DNA of 52,646 nucleotides, the filler included, from Sphacelaria rigidula (lineage: Eukaryota), in the NCBI GenBank assembly GCA_964200075.2. It is 3 parts of 3 records of this genome, joined end to end, with 100 filler letters (N's around TTAATTAATTAA, not from the genome) between each part and the next. Parts side by side here need not be neighbours in the genome. Positions count along the whole stretch, not along the records: positions 1 to 17,487 come from CAXNAA020001069.1; 2 more parts are not named here. The stretch is one strand, 5' to 3'. Within the stretch, counting starts at the first letter, position 1, and each line of letters opens with the position of its first letter. The translations under genes were made by a program, and so were the position numbers. Under the pieces are notes generated by a model. That model saw nothing but the letters and a program-made list of their open reading frames with translations. It made no database searches and was not told the origin of the DNA. Below are positions 1 through 13,723 of the stretch, piece after piece.

Positions 1-149
1 GCCTTCGTCGTTTGACCATTGACCACGCATCCCTTTCGAGACGGAGCACCGTTCCTACTCGTAGAAGGGGTGTCATCGCAGCGACCCATCACTGGGCACA
101 TGCTGCCCTTATTCTGTTTACCGCCTTTTCATCAACATTCACTAGCCAG

Positions 150-285
150 GGAAACAGACCCTTTCCCAAGCACGCGCTGACATGCTCCCGTCGTGAATGC
201 GGGGAGTACACGCTGCAACGACGATATGATGAGGTCTGTCAACGCGCACTTCGCCTAGCGCAGCCTTTGCATCCCCTTGCCCGAG
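150..285 (+). CDS. ARM-repeat gene, possible exon
   Basis: CCAG acceptor at 149; weak donor G|GTTAAG gives phase 1, matching the next exon. Confidence 0.35.
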
Positions 286-3200
286 GTTAAGATTCTGGAT
301 GGGAGCAATATCTAGTCTTGTAGTTTCTGAAAGCACGATGGCTCGAGCAAAATTCACGCGCTTAGCTTTGGGAATCCAGCGATGCCATCGACCTCGACCC
401 ACACCCCGCTGAGCGTTGTAGTGTGCTCAGGTTGGACGACTAAACGGGCAAGAGCCGGTCGAAATGCTCAGCGCCGGTAAAGAGGTTGATGGCATGTATT
501 ACGTGCGTTGCTCGTATGCCTCGGGCCGGTGTTAGGGTTAGGGTGAGGTTAATAAGGTTAAGGCTACCGTTAGTTCAAAATCGTGAATATATCTCCGAGA
601 ACGCGCTTGTCAAGCCATTGTGCCGCCGGTGTATGAGAGCACGACCCGAACGAACACGCAATAACGCAACGCTTCGTTCTGAAAGCTTCCTTGTGCGATC
701 CACAAATAAACATACAGCGCCGGAGACGGCACTACGTTCCGCTTGGTCTAGCTGGCGAAAGTATGACCGCTCGGCGGACTCTCACAACTGGCGCCAGTGA
801 AACTGCGTTCATGACTGTCAACGACCCGAGACTTCAGCGTGCTCACTAGTTGAAATCCCCACGTCGCAGTTTCCCGTTGTTTCTCACATAGTCATTATTT
901 AATTCAAGTACTGCCGTTTTTCTGCAGATGCCCCCAGCAAGGAAGAATTATGGTCCTCGTCTGGAATGTTTAGCGGTGCTAGTTCGACCGGCAGCTCCAT
1001 ATCTGTAGGGAGTATGGACAGAGCGGAAGGCAGCCCACGGGGTGGCGGCAGCGGTTGTGTTTCGCTGGCCGATAGCCAGACCTTCGATGCCCATGTGAGT
1101 CGATCACATACCATGAGCCGAAAAATGTGAGTACGCTTGTTTACGGCGCCGCGGAAAACGCAGGGAAGCGATTGCACTGTGTTCAGTGTGGTTCTCTTTA
1201 CCTTTGTTATTTTGTAAGAATCGAATATATATATATGTATGTGTATATAGATCGACTATCTTACGTTAAGTACACCTTATGCTACTTGTATGCAACAACT
1301 AGACCAATCTATTCTGTCGTGCATGTTGTGGATTTTGCGTATCTACGGTGTACAACAGGTAGATACAGGCCTGTAGATGAGCCGGCGATTCTCTTTGTAT
1401 CGTCAGGCATGTACTGAATAATTACCGGCTCGTACCCCCCCTCCGAATGATGCCGCGATGACCCCCCTTAAAGAAGCGGCCGTTCTGAGGAGGCATGATT
1501 TACACGCAGATCAAAATGACAAAACCGAACGCACTGAGCAGCTGGGAATTCCCACGCTTCGAATCGGTTTTGCTAATGTCACCCGTATGAGGCGTTTCAT
1601 GCCGTTTGACACCAGCTATCGTGGATTGGATGGCTATTGTCTTCGTGACAGGTTTGGGGCTGTTTTGGGGGGGGGGGTGGTATCGCGACATCACTCCTTC
1701 TCTCCCCGATTTTCATCTCTAGCTGCGCTTTATACTTTTCAGGGTCCCACACAGGTGTGCGGTAGTAGCCGTACCGGATAAAAACTCGGCGATTGAAAAG
1801 CACACGAGACATTTGTCAAACCCCCCGGAAACACATTCCCGTGACTACTGGACCTCGATTATATCTTGTCTTTCCCGCCATTGCATTCTCTATGCGTGTC
1901 AGATCTTCTCTTCGAGGCATTCCCCCCGATTCCCTCTCGCGGTGTTCCGGTTTTATCGTTCATGACTTTCTTGTTTAGGCCAATGCGCCAAACAGTTGCG
2001 CACCCTTTTTTATCAAAATATACATTAAGCGATATGAAAACACGGTGGTCTACGTACCATGTGCGATGAACGTTGCCCAGGGCTCTATTCCTGACGGGGG
2101 ACAAGCAGCACCAGGGGCCGCAGCGGCACCATCCCCAGCATCAGGAACAGAGATAGATATCACAGATGCGCCGGATCTTTTCGAGCGACCACCCGTGGTT
2201 CCCACGCGCGAAGTGCTATCTGCCTGTACTTTGACACTGCTCCGTCTCCTATCTTACACGGTCACCCTCGGCACAGCAGCCGCGTCATCGATGTCTAGCG
2301 AGGATGGATTACCGGCTTCTACCACTGCTGCTGCAGCGGCTAAAGCGACTTCTGCGGGTGGTGGTGCGGTATCGACACGGTATAGGGATCGGGGTAAACT
2401 TGACGGTCACAATGGCGGAATTGCTGCATGCAAGGTAAAAGGCGACGACAAACATGGATACGGGAACTCTGGCTGTCTTCACAAAAATACTCCCGAAAAA
2501 CTCAACAAACCCGACAGGACAATCGATGACATCGACGGAGCAACAGTGGCTAGAACCGAGAATATAAAGATGAACAGAAGAGACGATGGTAGCACTAACA
2601 ACCCGGAAGAGATGGATGCTGAGGTCGACAAGGAATCAACAGCAAGCATAACGGCTGCGATGACGAGAACAACGACGGCGGTTCCTCGAGCAATCTCAGC
2701 GATAACCGCGATGGCCGGTTCATGCCTATCGCTGTTAGCACGTGAAATTAGTATTCCTTCAGGTCCCCACGGAGGTATGGCTTCGGTCTTGTCCCTGCTC
2801 GTATCGTCAGCCGGCGCCACTGTCAGGGCGCAGGCGGCGTTAACCCTAGGCACCATCGCTGGGCGAGGATACGACGACTGCAACAGCAGCAACAACAACA
2901 ACAACAATAACAACAACAACAACGACAGCATCAACAACAACACTGCTTCTTCTGCTTCTGTTGGACCGAATTTCGATGAACGGGAGGTCAGGACGCGTGG
3001 TGGTGGTGGTACGGCGAGGCAGCGAGACACAGCCGGGAAGGACGGTGGTAGGAAAAGGGTCATTCTTTGGACGCGGTTTTGTTCCGGGATGGTTGGAGGC
3101 ACTGGCGCTCAGGTGCGATATCACTCTGGTGGCATGCTGATGGACGTGATATTGACGAAGATTTGTCCGAAAGTTGTCGGCGGACTTTCGCGTCGTACCG

Positions 3201-6200
3201 TAGGCGGAGCACTACTACACGTGTAGGCCGGTACAGGCGGAAGTGAATAGGTTTCACGTCAGAAACACTATGGGGTTATTCTTGCCTTTCCGATAGCTTG
3301 GTTGACGTAACCGTGCTGGCTATGGAAAATAACAACGTAGCCTAAGGGAAAGTAGCAGCAGGAAATGTGGCATCGGATCGAGGGTATAGGTTTCTGTTTG
3401 TCAATGGTGAAAACCTATGCTCGTATTTTGTCGTATCCGCCTTTGTTTTTGGTTTTCTTCCCTTTCCCTACGCGGTCATTACAGTGGACAATAAGAGTCA
3501 TCGCTGTATGTTGCAGTAGATGAAACAGGTATGTTGTAGCGACGAGTATGAGCGTAACAGCTAGAAGTGTGTGCGGCCGTTTCAGAGATTGGTGGCCGGG
3601 TTAGCTGAGACACAGCTGTCGAGGACTAGCGATATCTGCGACCCCATCAGATGATTACGGTCGCGGAGGTCAGCTGCATCTGTTAACGATCGACGGCAAT
3701 ATCCGTACAACTTTCATTCCCGCGCCGAACCACAGCCCCATACGGTTTTGTCGTGGTCCATTTCAATATATGAACTTCGCGCTGCTATAGAGAACAGCCA
3801 GATGATTTCCTTCAAGCCATGCAGGACGGCCGCATCTACCATCTTCCATCTCCTGTGATATCGACACTATATAGAGTAGTATTCACTTCAAGTCCTGTAA
3901 ACAAATATGGTACGAATGCAGTTGTTGTTTTGCAAAACCACGTTCGATAGTTGTAGATTCTGCCTTTTTCACTATATTCAGTCATCGTCAACGACACCCT
4001 TCCTCCCCCCGCTCCACCCTTTCACTCGAACCGGGTGCCGCGCCAATAAATTCACGACAAAAAACCACAAGAACAGATCGTCATCGATTGTGCGTCTCCA
4101 GGTTCTCCAATGAACCCCAACGATCTCCAATTGAGAGAAAGGGCAGCTCGAGCGCTTTGCCTCATCTGCCTTTCCGCCGGCGAATCTGCCATTGCGTCGC
4201 CTAGCGTCATGTCGGGGCTCCTGTCCCTGTTGAGATGCCGCGAGGGGGAGGTGGTCGGTGGAGCGGCGACGACTGCGGTTTGGGCGCTGTGTCGCGCCCC
4301 GGAGAACAGGAAGGCGTTTGCTAAGATGAGGTAGGGGCAGAGGGCGGGGGGTGGGAAGGGGTGCGGAGGTGGGAAGTGCAAAAATCGTCCAGTAGAGGAA
4401 GTTGAAACCTGCGCGACCAGGTGACAGTGACGCGGAGCTGCAGGTAGACACGGTCGAACCAAGAGGATCTATTCAGCTTTTCCTCCCACGGGAAAGAGGG
4501 AGTCGGAAGATGCATAGCTCATGGTCAACAGATACGAAATCTTTTGTGAAAGGGCTAGGTTTCTTATGTTTACCCCTGTGTTTGCGGAATGTGTTGGTCA
4601 GCATGATGTCGACGAAAATATAGTTAGCGTCATGACCGAAGGCCGATATTCGCAAGATGGGGTAACACATGTTTTTCAACCTCAAGTGATTTCATTGAGG
4701 TCTGTTGACCGGACAAGACGCGTCGAGAACCTCAACCAGGACTAATTTTGCGTTTCCTCCCGTAATCTAATGCGCGCTTCTACGTCATACGTCCACGTTT
4801 CCCCCCGATGCACTTATGTGGTGCCATTCAAGTCGGGGCAGGTTGACTATGCCTCAATATCACGCGAACCCCTGCCGCTGGCCCTCCCCCACTTCCAACC
4901 CACACGCCGACCCTCGATCATACCGTAGGGTGGTGGCCTGCCTGATGCCGCTGTGTGAGTGGAGCGTAGAGAGTGGCTACCAGAATTTGCACATCTACTG
5001 CTTGGCCACCCTCTACCTTCTGTCCCAGGTGAAGGGCAACAAGGACATTTGTTAATATTAGTCTTTTTGGCACGGCCATGAACTCATGTGTACGGAGGAA
5101 TCGGTGTCTTCAGATGGCGGTAGTTGGCCCTTGGTAGTACAGATTCGGTGGCAGAAACAACCACCCTCAAATTTCCCGGAAAAGACTATGCTGCACAGCG
5201 ATCTGCTTCATCGAGGAGGTCTCGTCGAGATGTGCCGATACACGGGCTCTCTTGACAATGAAGGTTTTCCCTTTACGGAGAAAAACTGAGGTTGAGAGTA
5301 GATATCCCTCGTGTGGGAAGGGGTACAGGTCATCATCCGTGTATACTATGGTTCTGGCACCCCATCGCCGATCCCGGTATCAGCTTCGAATATACAACAA
5401 AGGCAGCGTGTCGTGAAAAGCAAGCTCTTGAGATCTCGCAGGTGGAAAAAATATCGAACACGTGAAGCTAGTCGGCGTGACAACTTGCCCACGTGGCCTT
5501 GCTTCACTCTGCATATTTTAACCCCCACCAGGAGGCAAGGGTTGTCGTATAGTGTATACTTCACACTGTATGCAAGACTACTTTCGACTCATCCTCGGTA
5601 CAGGGAGGCAACAGCGATACACCATCACCTAAACTCTCCTCACCCTAGGATGTCGCCGACGCACTCCCGCTGCGATTTATTATTTCTTCGACCGCTACCT
5701 TGTCGCCATAAGCAGGAGCCCGAAAACGCCTCCCAGGTGTCAACGTTTCCCGGGGGGATAGTCAAGCTTGTAGCGTGGGCCAAGCCAACCTATCAGCGCG
5801 GCGGTGTCCATCCGTGCCATGGCAACAAGGCGGTCCTGGAACTGAGCAAAGCAGATAATGCCAGAGCGGCGTGTTGTCTCGGCGTCGTGCGAAGGTAAGG
5901 GGAATGGCCTACCCACGTTAGACACAGCGAATGTACTCTAATCTCAAAGATGGCACCAATTTGAAAAAAGCACATGGCACAAACGAGAAGGGTGGCATGT
6001 GGTACCTCTGCTGCAACCGTGGGCAGTGAGCGCTCACAGGCTCATAATCAAAGGTTCACTTTTTGAACAAAATACATGGTATGTGGTCCATCCCTGCATG
6101 GCGCATCAAGAATTTTCAGAGCCTCGAAGTCCTCGCGGGCCTATCAGTTCAGGGTCTCGAGTCCGCTCGCAATCGACCATGCCGGAAATTTAACCTCATC

Positions 6201-9200
6201 TATCTATATATATATATATATACCAGGGAGAGATGGGTTGATCCCTTGAGACCACGGACTCGCTTCGAGGAAGGGGAGGGGTTCAAAGTGCGACAAATGA
6301 AAAATAAAATAAAATAAATACATACCTGCCCAAGACGCGGATCTTTTACCATTGAACCAGACAGCGCTCATTGCTTCAACGGTCAAAGGCCGGCTTCTCG
6401 AACAAGACGATCCCTGAATCATGTGGCGTGCTCTTGTGGTGAGGACAGAACGTTGTTGGTGCTGCGGAAAAGGTTTATGAACGTGGCCAATCGCTTGGGG
6501 AAGTACTAGCCGTTGGGTGGGCTTCACCGTGCATAGATTGTTGCGTGCGCCATGATTTACCCCCGCCGTAGGCCTGCTGAATCAAGAAAGCCGAACTTGT
6601 CTTTTTCCGGTCCTTGCCAAGTGATCCGCCTTCTCGTTTCGTCTTTTTTTTTTCTTCGAGCGTTGAATTCGAGACGCAAGTTGCCCTATTTGTTTCACGA
6701 AGGATGTCGCACTCCATAACGACGACCGGTTCAAGACTTCAACTTTTCTTTTTTTTTTGTTCTCGGGTTTTTCGCCTGACCACAGGGTCCGCCTCAGGAC
6801 ACAAGAGCAAGTTTCCGAGATTTTAAAAGTAACTGAAGCAAGGACTGTGGTCAGTTTGAAACGGGCCAAAGACTCAGGACTTAACGCGCAACACAGATTT
6901 GTCTATGTACAGCAGAGCAAGATGTAGCAACATCGACAAAACAAAAGTAGTAAAGACCAAAGAGCTTCACAGACGATCGCTATCGAGCAAGAAACATCAC
7001 GGGGGCGGGAGGGGGGTCGCTCGGAAGGAGGCTGCCGTACCAAAATGAAGAAAGATTGTGGCCAGTTTGAAACGGGCCAAAGACTCAGGACTAAACGCGG
7101 AACATAGATATGTCCATGTACAGTAGAGCAGGATGTAGCACCATCGACAAAAAAAAGTAGTTAAGACTGAAAAGCTTCACAGACGATCGTCATTGAGCAA
7201 GAAGCATCACGGGGGGGCGTACTCATTTGTTGCTTGCCTTAGTCGTGTGACCATTGACCACGCATCCCTCTCGAGACGGAGCATCACGGGGGGGGGGTCA
7301 CTCGGAATGGGGCTTTTGTACCAAATATCCCCAAAAGAATACCTAGGGAAAAACAGTCGCGAAGTGTCTGAACCATGTGCAGCAACACCGTTAGTGCCGA
7401 ATCAGCATAGATGAGGATTTCCTTCACAAGATGATAGTTAAAATATCTGGAGATACTATTCGGCAAACTTTACCGCTCTTCTTAGGACACGATGATGATC
7501 CACCGCGGTTATTTCCCACTCACTCTTTCTTTGTCAAGCATGAACAAAACATTCATCACCCTCACCCCCCCCCGGTGCGTTCGTGTGTTTGCGAATAAAC
7601 GCCTTCGTATTAGGCCACGTGCTGCAGGTGTTTGACATCGGCCCGATTACCTCGTCATCATCTGCCGCACAGTAAACCCAAGTTTATAGTTTCACGTATG
7701 CGTGCTGTCCAATTTAAAAATAGGTGCTTGATTCAACCCGAGGGATTTGAAGCGGTCGCCGCGGGATTCGCGAGCTACTCCCTGCTGAAGTTGACCCTGC
7801 GATTGCTGAGGGTAGGAGAGTGGACGAAGACCGTCAGCTCCCTGGCTCTCAGAGAGGCCCAGGGGGTGCTTTTTGCATTGCAGGTGTGTACCGCACTACA
7901 CTACGAGACCCGCTACGCTTAGAAAAGTCATCATCGGACGTTTTGCAGGCCGGAAACGGAAACACGCTCGGCCCTCATCATATCTGTTTCATTCAATGGT
8001 TGGAGTGTTTTGCGCCAGTCGACTTTGTATCCGGTATTCCAACCGGCTGGCCCTGCTGGCCGCGTACCCTCCTTCCCTTACGAATCGATGTTCTCCATAC
8101 CGCGAGTGGAAGTCGGCTTACACAATGTCATGATTCAATCCCCGACATCATAATGTAACGCGGGTACCGCGGGAGAGGCGCGTTGATCCCAAGAGGCCAT
8201 GGACCTGCCGCGAGGAAGTGGACGGGAAAAACGTGTTATGAAATCCAAAACCCACTACAAGAAAAGCAAGTCATCTGCCCAAGGAATGCGTGCAAGAAGG
8301 ACGTCGGGGTCACTTCAGCGTATCTCTACATATGTAGGTATTGACTGGCTTTGAAATATCGACAATCGTTGCAGCGTTCGAGATTTGACACGAATACTTT
8401 CCCCTATATTTTTCAATGTTATTGTAGAATCACTACTGACCAACCTTCGTACAGGCTCTATGTTCTTAAGAACTGTCTCGGGCTCGACGGAACGAGCGTA
8501 TAGACGGAGGGGGGTAACGCCCGTGAAACAAGAGAAAATAACGATAACGGGACAATATATAGATATATCATGCCGGAAGGAGGACTACACAGGTAGATAT
8601 CCGCGACGTAGGCGCGCGGCCGATAGGACAATACTCGGGAGCAAACGTGTGATACTGCACGAGCTAGTCGTTAACGTTTTGGGGTATGTTGCTGTATTAC
8701 CCATGTATATGGACTCTATATACTCATGTATGTAGATTTTTTTTCCTTTCAGATTATTCCGTCCAAACCGATCTCAACACTTACGCAATTCTATGAGAAC
8801 TGAACCAAAACATTTCACGGAGTATTACGGTGCCAGATGTGACAGTGAATTGAACGAGCTATTGGACAAATATATTTCTGAAAACTGTCATCGGCCTCTA
8901 CCTGGCGCCACGCCACGTATACTGCCATCCCTTCCCCAATCTGTCCTTTCTGCTCTCTCAACCCCAGGATCGCGCCGAGTACCGTGGCTACTGCGAGCGA
9001 ATATGCGGCAACAACCCATTTGCCGTGGAAGATACCCTGGCGCTCCAGCTGGACAGGCCATCCAACGTGTATGACAAGGTGGCCGACGATGCCATCGTTG
9101 GATTAGCGAGCTTGTCGGTGACACTTGCATCCCGACGTCGGTTGGCGTGCAACGGCACGCTGGAAAGCGTCACTCGGCTGCTTGGGAGGGTGATGGCGGC

Positions 9201-12200
9201 CTCCGCTGACAGCTGCGGTGGGCACGAGGAAGGGGAGCGCGGCAGTGATGCTGCTGAGAGTGGTGCGGGCCGAAGGGAGACCAAGAGGAACGTGGTGAGT
9301 GCTTCGCGCTGAGTCTTCTGTGGCCAGCAGGCGGTGATATACTATGGTACTAGGGGAACAACATTCTTCGAGAAGTAATGATATGCGCGAATGTTCTTCA
9401 ATCGTGAATACTTATGGAAGGGGAGACCCGTGCGGCCTTTGCGACCTTTCCTCTTACTGACGTCCGCTTTGGCCGGTCAATCTGCTGTCTCAACTTTTGG
9501 CACTTCGGTTTTGACGACCATCGCTTGTCCTGGGGTGGTGTCTAGTTCAGCCTCTGGCGTAGCGTTATATGCAGCGGGTTTCGTTGTTTTAGTAAGGGAT
9601 ATCATCATTCAACAAGCATCTGATGAAGTTTTGGTCCCATCTATACCTGCGGGCGGGAGTTTTCTGTATTCGGTATTACCTTGAGGTGTCAGGCTCACCT
9701 AATGCTTATCGGAGAGAATAACATATGCTGAGGCTCTTTGACCGTCGGAATGATCGCTCACTCTACATCGTAATGATCTGTTTGCCGAGCTGACATCGGG
9801 TAGCTCAATATGTCATCCAACCAACTGATTAATTGTGTCGCATGGAAAACTGTCAGCCATTACATATGGAGCACTATACGTGCTGTCATACAGATGCAGT
9901 TTTCAGCAAACGCTTGCGATGAGCTGGGTCAAACGAATCTGTTTTCCAGCGAAAAAAGACTGTCAAAACTGCTTCTTCGAACCGGGCTTTTACCTTGGAG
10001 GAGAGATTTTGTCGGAGGATGGTACTTGTGTTGACGTCCCTATCCACCGATTTTGCTGTCCCAAGGAAACGCTCTTCCGAGGATGACGCTATTAACAACC
10101 AATCGTCGAAATTGGGGATGGAGCTTTTCATTGAGAATGAGAGCTTGGAGAGTTGAAATCTTCGTATCCACACCAAATCTTCGAAATATGGGCCCATTCA
10201 TTCACCTACTACTGGTAGCTATTGACAGCTACTACACGCCATACAAATTTGGATTTCGATAACCGAAATGCTGGGGTGCTAGGTGAACAACCGATTTCTG
10301 GGAATCGCGGCGATCCGATCGGATCACCCAAATTCCAAAATATTGTTTCTACACCTAGGACCCCAGCATTTCGGTTCGGTCACTTGGTGCTGCGAACGGC
10401 GCAACAACGTGCTTGGAAACCACAATGGCAACTGCCTTCCTGGAGCAGAGAAGAAAACGAAACTGCTTTTCATACTGTACCCTATCGTTAGGCGGCTCAA
10501 TTTGTTGTGTCATTTCTTCTGGCGTAGAAAGACTTCTCAGGTCGGCCGTACGCTGGACAGGGTTCCGTGTCCCTTGATGATCTTTGCCTGTTTTGACAGC
10601 ACAAGCACCCCCTCCCCCCACCCCCCACCCTCCCCTCTCCCTGTACCCCCCGCGTGACGTGCCGTCGAAACCCTCAAATTAACAATTGCATTGTAAAAAA
10701 CAAAGATCAAGTTACTCAAGAACTTGTCAACCGTGACGGAAGCGCACGGGCGACTGTCCAGCAAACCTCTACTATCTCTCGTCTTGCGGCTATGGGAAGA
10801 GAGCGTAGATGAGGCTACGTCGAGGCTGGCCTGCCATGTGCTAGCCAACGTGTGCCGGAGCCCTGCCCCCGGTGTGCGAAATCGTCTCTTCCGAGTGAGT
10901 GTTTAGACCCGCGGCCCCCGTCGCGTAGCCCCTCAATCTACCGTAGTACGCAGCGGATAGTAAGGATCATACCGTGGCGGGAAATGTTTCGACTTTTGCA
11001 GTGGTAAGTGAAAGCGTCGATGTCAACGAATCAACGGAGGAATCGACACTCATTCGGCGGCTGGGGATAGGTAAATAAAGTCATCATTAATAGCCGCAGA
11101 TTTCAAATGAACATCTTCCGTAAAAGGGTGACGCCTGGCTGATGGAGTTTTGTAAGAAAATCTTCGAATACAATACTATCGACCCCTCCATAACATGGAA
11201 TTTTCAGAAATCGGGGATGGATTTTTTATTGAGGATGAGAAGCCCAGAGCATTAAAATCTTCGTATCCACACCAAACGTTCAAAATATGGTTCCCTTTCT
11301 TCACTTGCTGATGGTCATTGACAACTTTTACACGCCATACAAATTTGGCTTTCGACGACCGAAATGTTGGGATCCTAGGTGAAGGACCAATTTTGGGGAA
11401 TTTCGGGGATCTGATCGAATCATCTGCATTCCCCAAAAAAAAAATTCACCTAGGACCCCAACATGTCGGTTATCAGGATCCAATTTATATGTATGGCGTG
11501 TAGCAGTTGTCAATAGCTACCAGGAGGTGAAGGAGTGGAATCATATTTCGAAGATTTGGTGTGGATACGAAGAATTGATTCTCCGGGTTCTCATCCTCAA
11601 TAAGAAAGTCCATCCCCAATTTGTAAAATCCCGTGTTCCATGCCTCGTTGCTCTGTTGTGTTGAGTAGCAATAGACGCTTTCATCTGTGAAAACGTTAGC
11701 CCGCTCGCTGTTGTCACTCTCAAAATTCGAGTCCCCCTCCCTCTTGTCCCCTATATAATGATGATAATACTGCCGTTACTTATTCCTGCCCAATCTCCGA
11801 AGAGAGTGTGAATCTCGTCTCGAAAAAAAAAGGAATTTCCTGTATGATATTTTTTAATTCTCACCCCGGGCCCCTTGGTACTTATTCTCGACCGAGGGTA
11901 TGTGTCCACATGTTTTGCTTTTCGGAGGTATCCACACAATTGCGCACTTCAAACCAGGGGGGAGCGTCAATACAAATTCTCGACATATAGGGCCCCAAGA
12001 CCGAAAAATTGAGTTTTTTAGGGGGGGGAAGGGGGGGGACACCTAGCCGTCTGTCCCCTGCTCTATTGCCGTAGCGTTGACGGATGAGGTCAGCAGCCGT
12101 GGACAGTGATCCTTGGCATGGAGAGCGCTGAGATGGCGAACACGCCGCCCCCCCCAAGCCCATCTTCAGCAGTTCCCTCTACTAGCGAAGGATCCGATGT

Positions 12201-13680
12201 ACCTTCTGGAGCGGCCGCTGCCCCGCTCGTCGAAATCATCACGATAAAGTTCGGCATCCGAGGCTATCGGGACAGAGCGGGCAAGGAGCAGAAGCGAATA
12301 TACGAACCCTGCAAAGCCCACCAGACTTTTCGGTTTTTGTCGGTGTTTATTGATGGATTTCTTGCAACAAAGTTGACAAAAAAAACAAATCATGACAACT
12401 TTCGAAAAAATGCCCTCCGGGGGGGGGGGGCACATGTCCGAAAAATTCTCCGCGCTGCCCCCTGACCAAACCTCCAATCTGCGCATCTCTCTTTTAAGAG
12501 GTCAACTTTTACACGGGAGTAGCCTGTAGTTTTACTGGATCCTCAACATATCGGTACCTGCTATTTGTCCTCCCTTCTCCTGGCACCGTCCCCCCTGCCC
12601 GCCCACGCCCCCTCGGGTCCCTGACGCGCCGCGCATCTCCCTGCTTTTGTAGGCGCATCTGAATTCCGAATCCGCGAGCCTACTCAGAGCGATAGCTGCA
12701 TCGGGTGACGCTCGATCGGCCTCCGTCAAGACACAACAGGAGTCACACACAAGTGTTAGCGTTTCCGACCCTGAGGCTAGCCTCTCATCGAGTGTTTTCG
12801 AAAAGAGGAGCGACACCAGGAAGAGCTCGTCCCAGAACATGACAGACGGTGGGTGTATTCCTGCTACTGCTGCGATTGCTCCGGTGCGGTTGGGTGGGGG
12901 CTACGAAGGTGGAGGCGGTGAATTCGGTGACGATTCGAAATTCGAGGACCCTTCTCTCAGGTGCTGACGCTGTGAATGACAGTATCCGTGACGGACTTTG
13001 ATGCTAACGGTTGTGTGGATGGGTATCTACTTTCACCGCGTTCGTTCGGGCTGCGAAGATGCCAATCATTTTCGTGCTCCGCGTTGTTTGTAGCTTCGTG
13101 ACCCTGGTGAGGAAATGGGGTGCAGACACGACTGCGATAGTCGAGCAGTGGAAACGACTGTGATGGTCGATCAGTGGACACGGCTGACTGCCGATCAGGA
13201 TGTTGTAGAATGTATTTTTAGCTTCGTTGGATGAAAAGGAACGAGAGTGAGCTGGTAGGCTCGAGGTATCAATACAGCAAACAGTGGCGTGAGTGTTGTT
13301 TGTCGGAACTTGTTCAATCGCAAATCGAATACACCGTACAACTTTGAAACCGAACCAGATATTGCCTATTACTACTGATATAGTATCATGTAGCATTAGC
13401 TCCTAAGAAGGACCACACGTAGGAATTTTACGTGCATCGGTCGCTGAAGTGTAGTGCTTTGACTGGACGATCACGTAGGGAGGTGAAAAATATTCTCATT
13501 ACTTTTATTTCACATCGCGTCTGTGTGAATGTTTCTGGGTCCTGCCTTATTTTTATTTGAACTCCGTTTACCTTGTTTGGGTAGTTAGCCTGTGACCACG
13601 GAAGGCGTCCACGTCAGATGCCCAATGCGGAGTACAGGGCAGACATCGGAGTGGGCATTAATTGGAAGACAAAAACTAAC

Positions 13681-13723
<43 letters not shown>

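Noticed and set aside
529..563. Telomere-like TTAGGG repeats (GTTAGGGTTAGGGTGAGGTT...)
   Set aside because: Only two perfect units, internal to an intron; not a telomere
2479..3102. Long antisense ORFs (also 25672-26712 and similar)
   Set aside because: Shadows of GC-rich, repeat-rich sense exons
6198..6230. TCTATATATATA motif suggestive of a Helitron 5' end
   Set aside because: No matching hairpin-plus-CTRR 3' end could be tied to it
11955..12464. Possible hAT-like element (CAGGGG...CCCCTG ends) with short ORF 12106-12465
   Set aside because: TIR match is short and imperfect and the flanks do not give a clean 8-bp TSD
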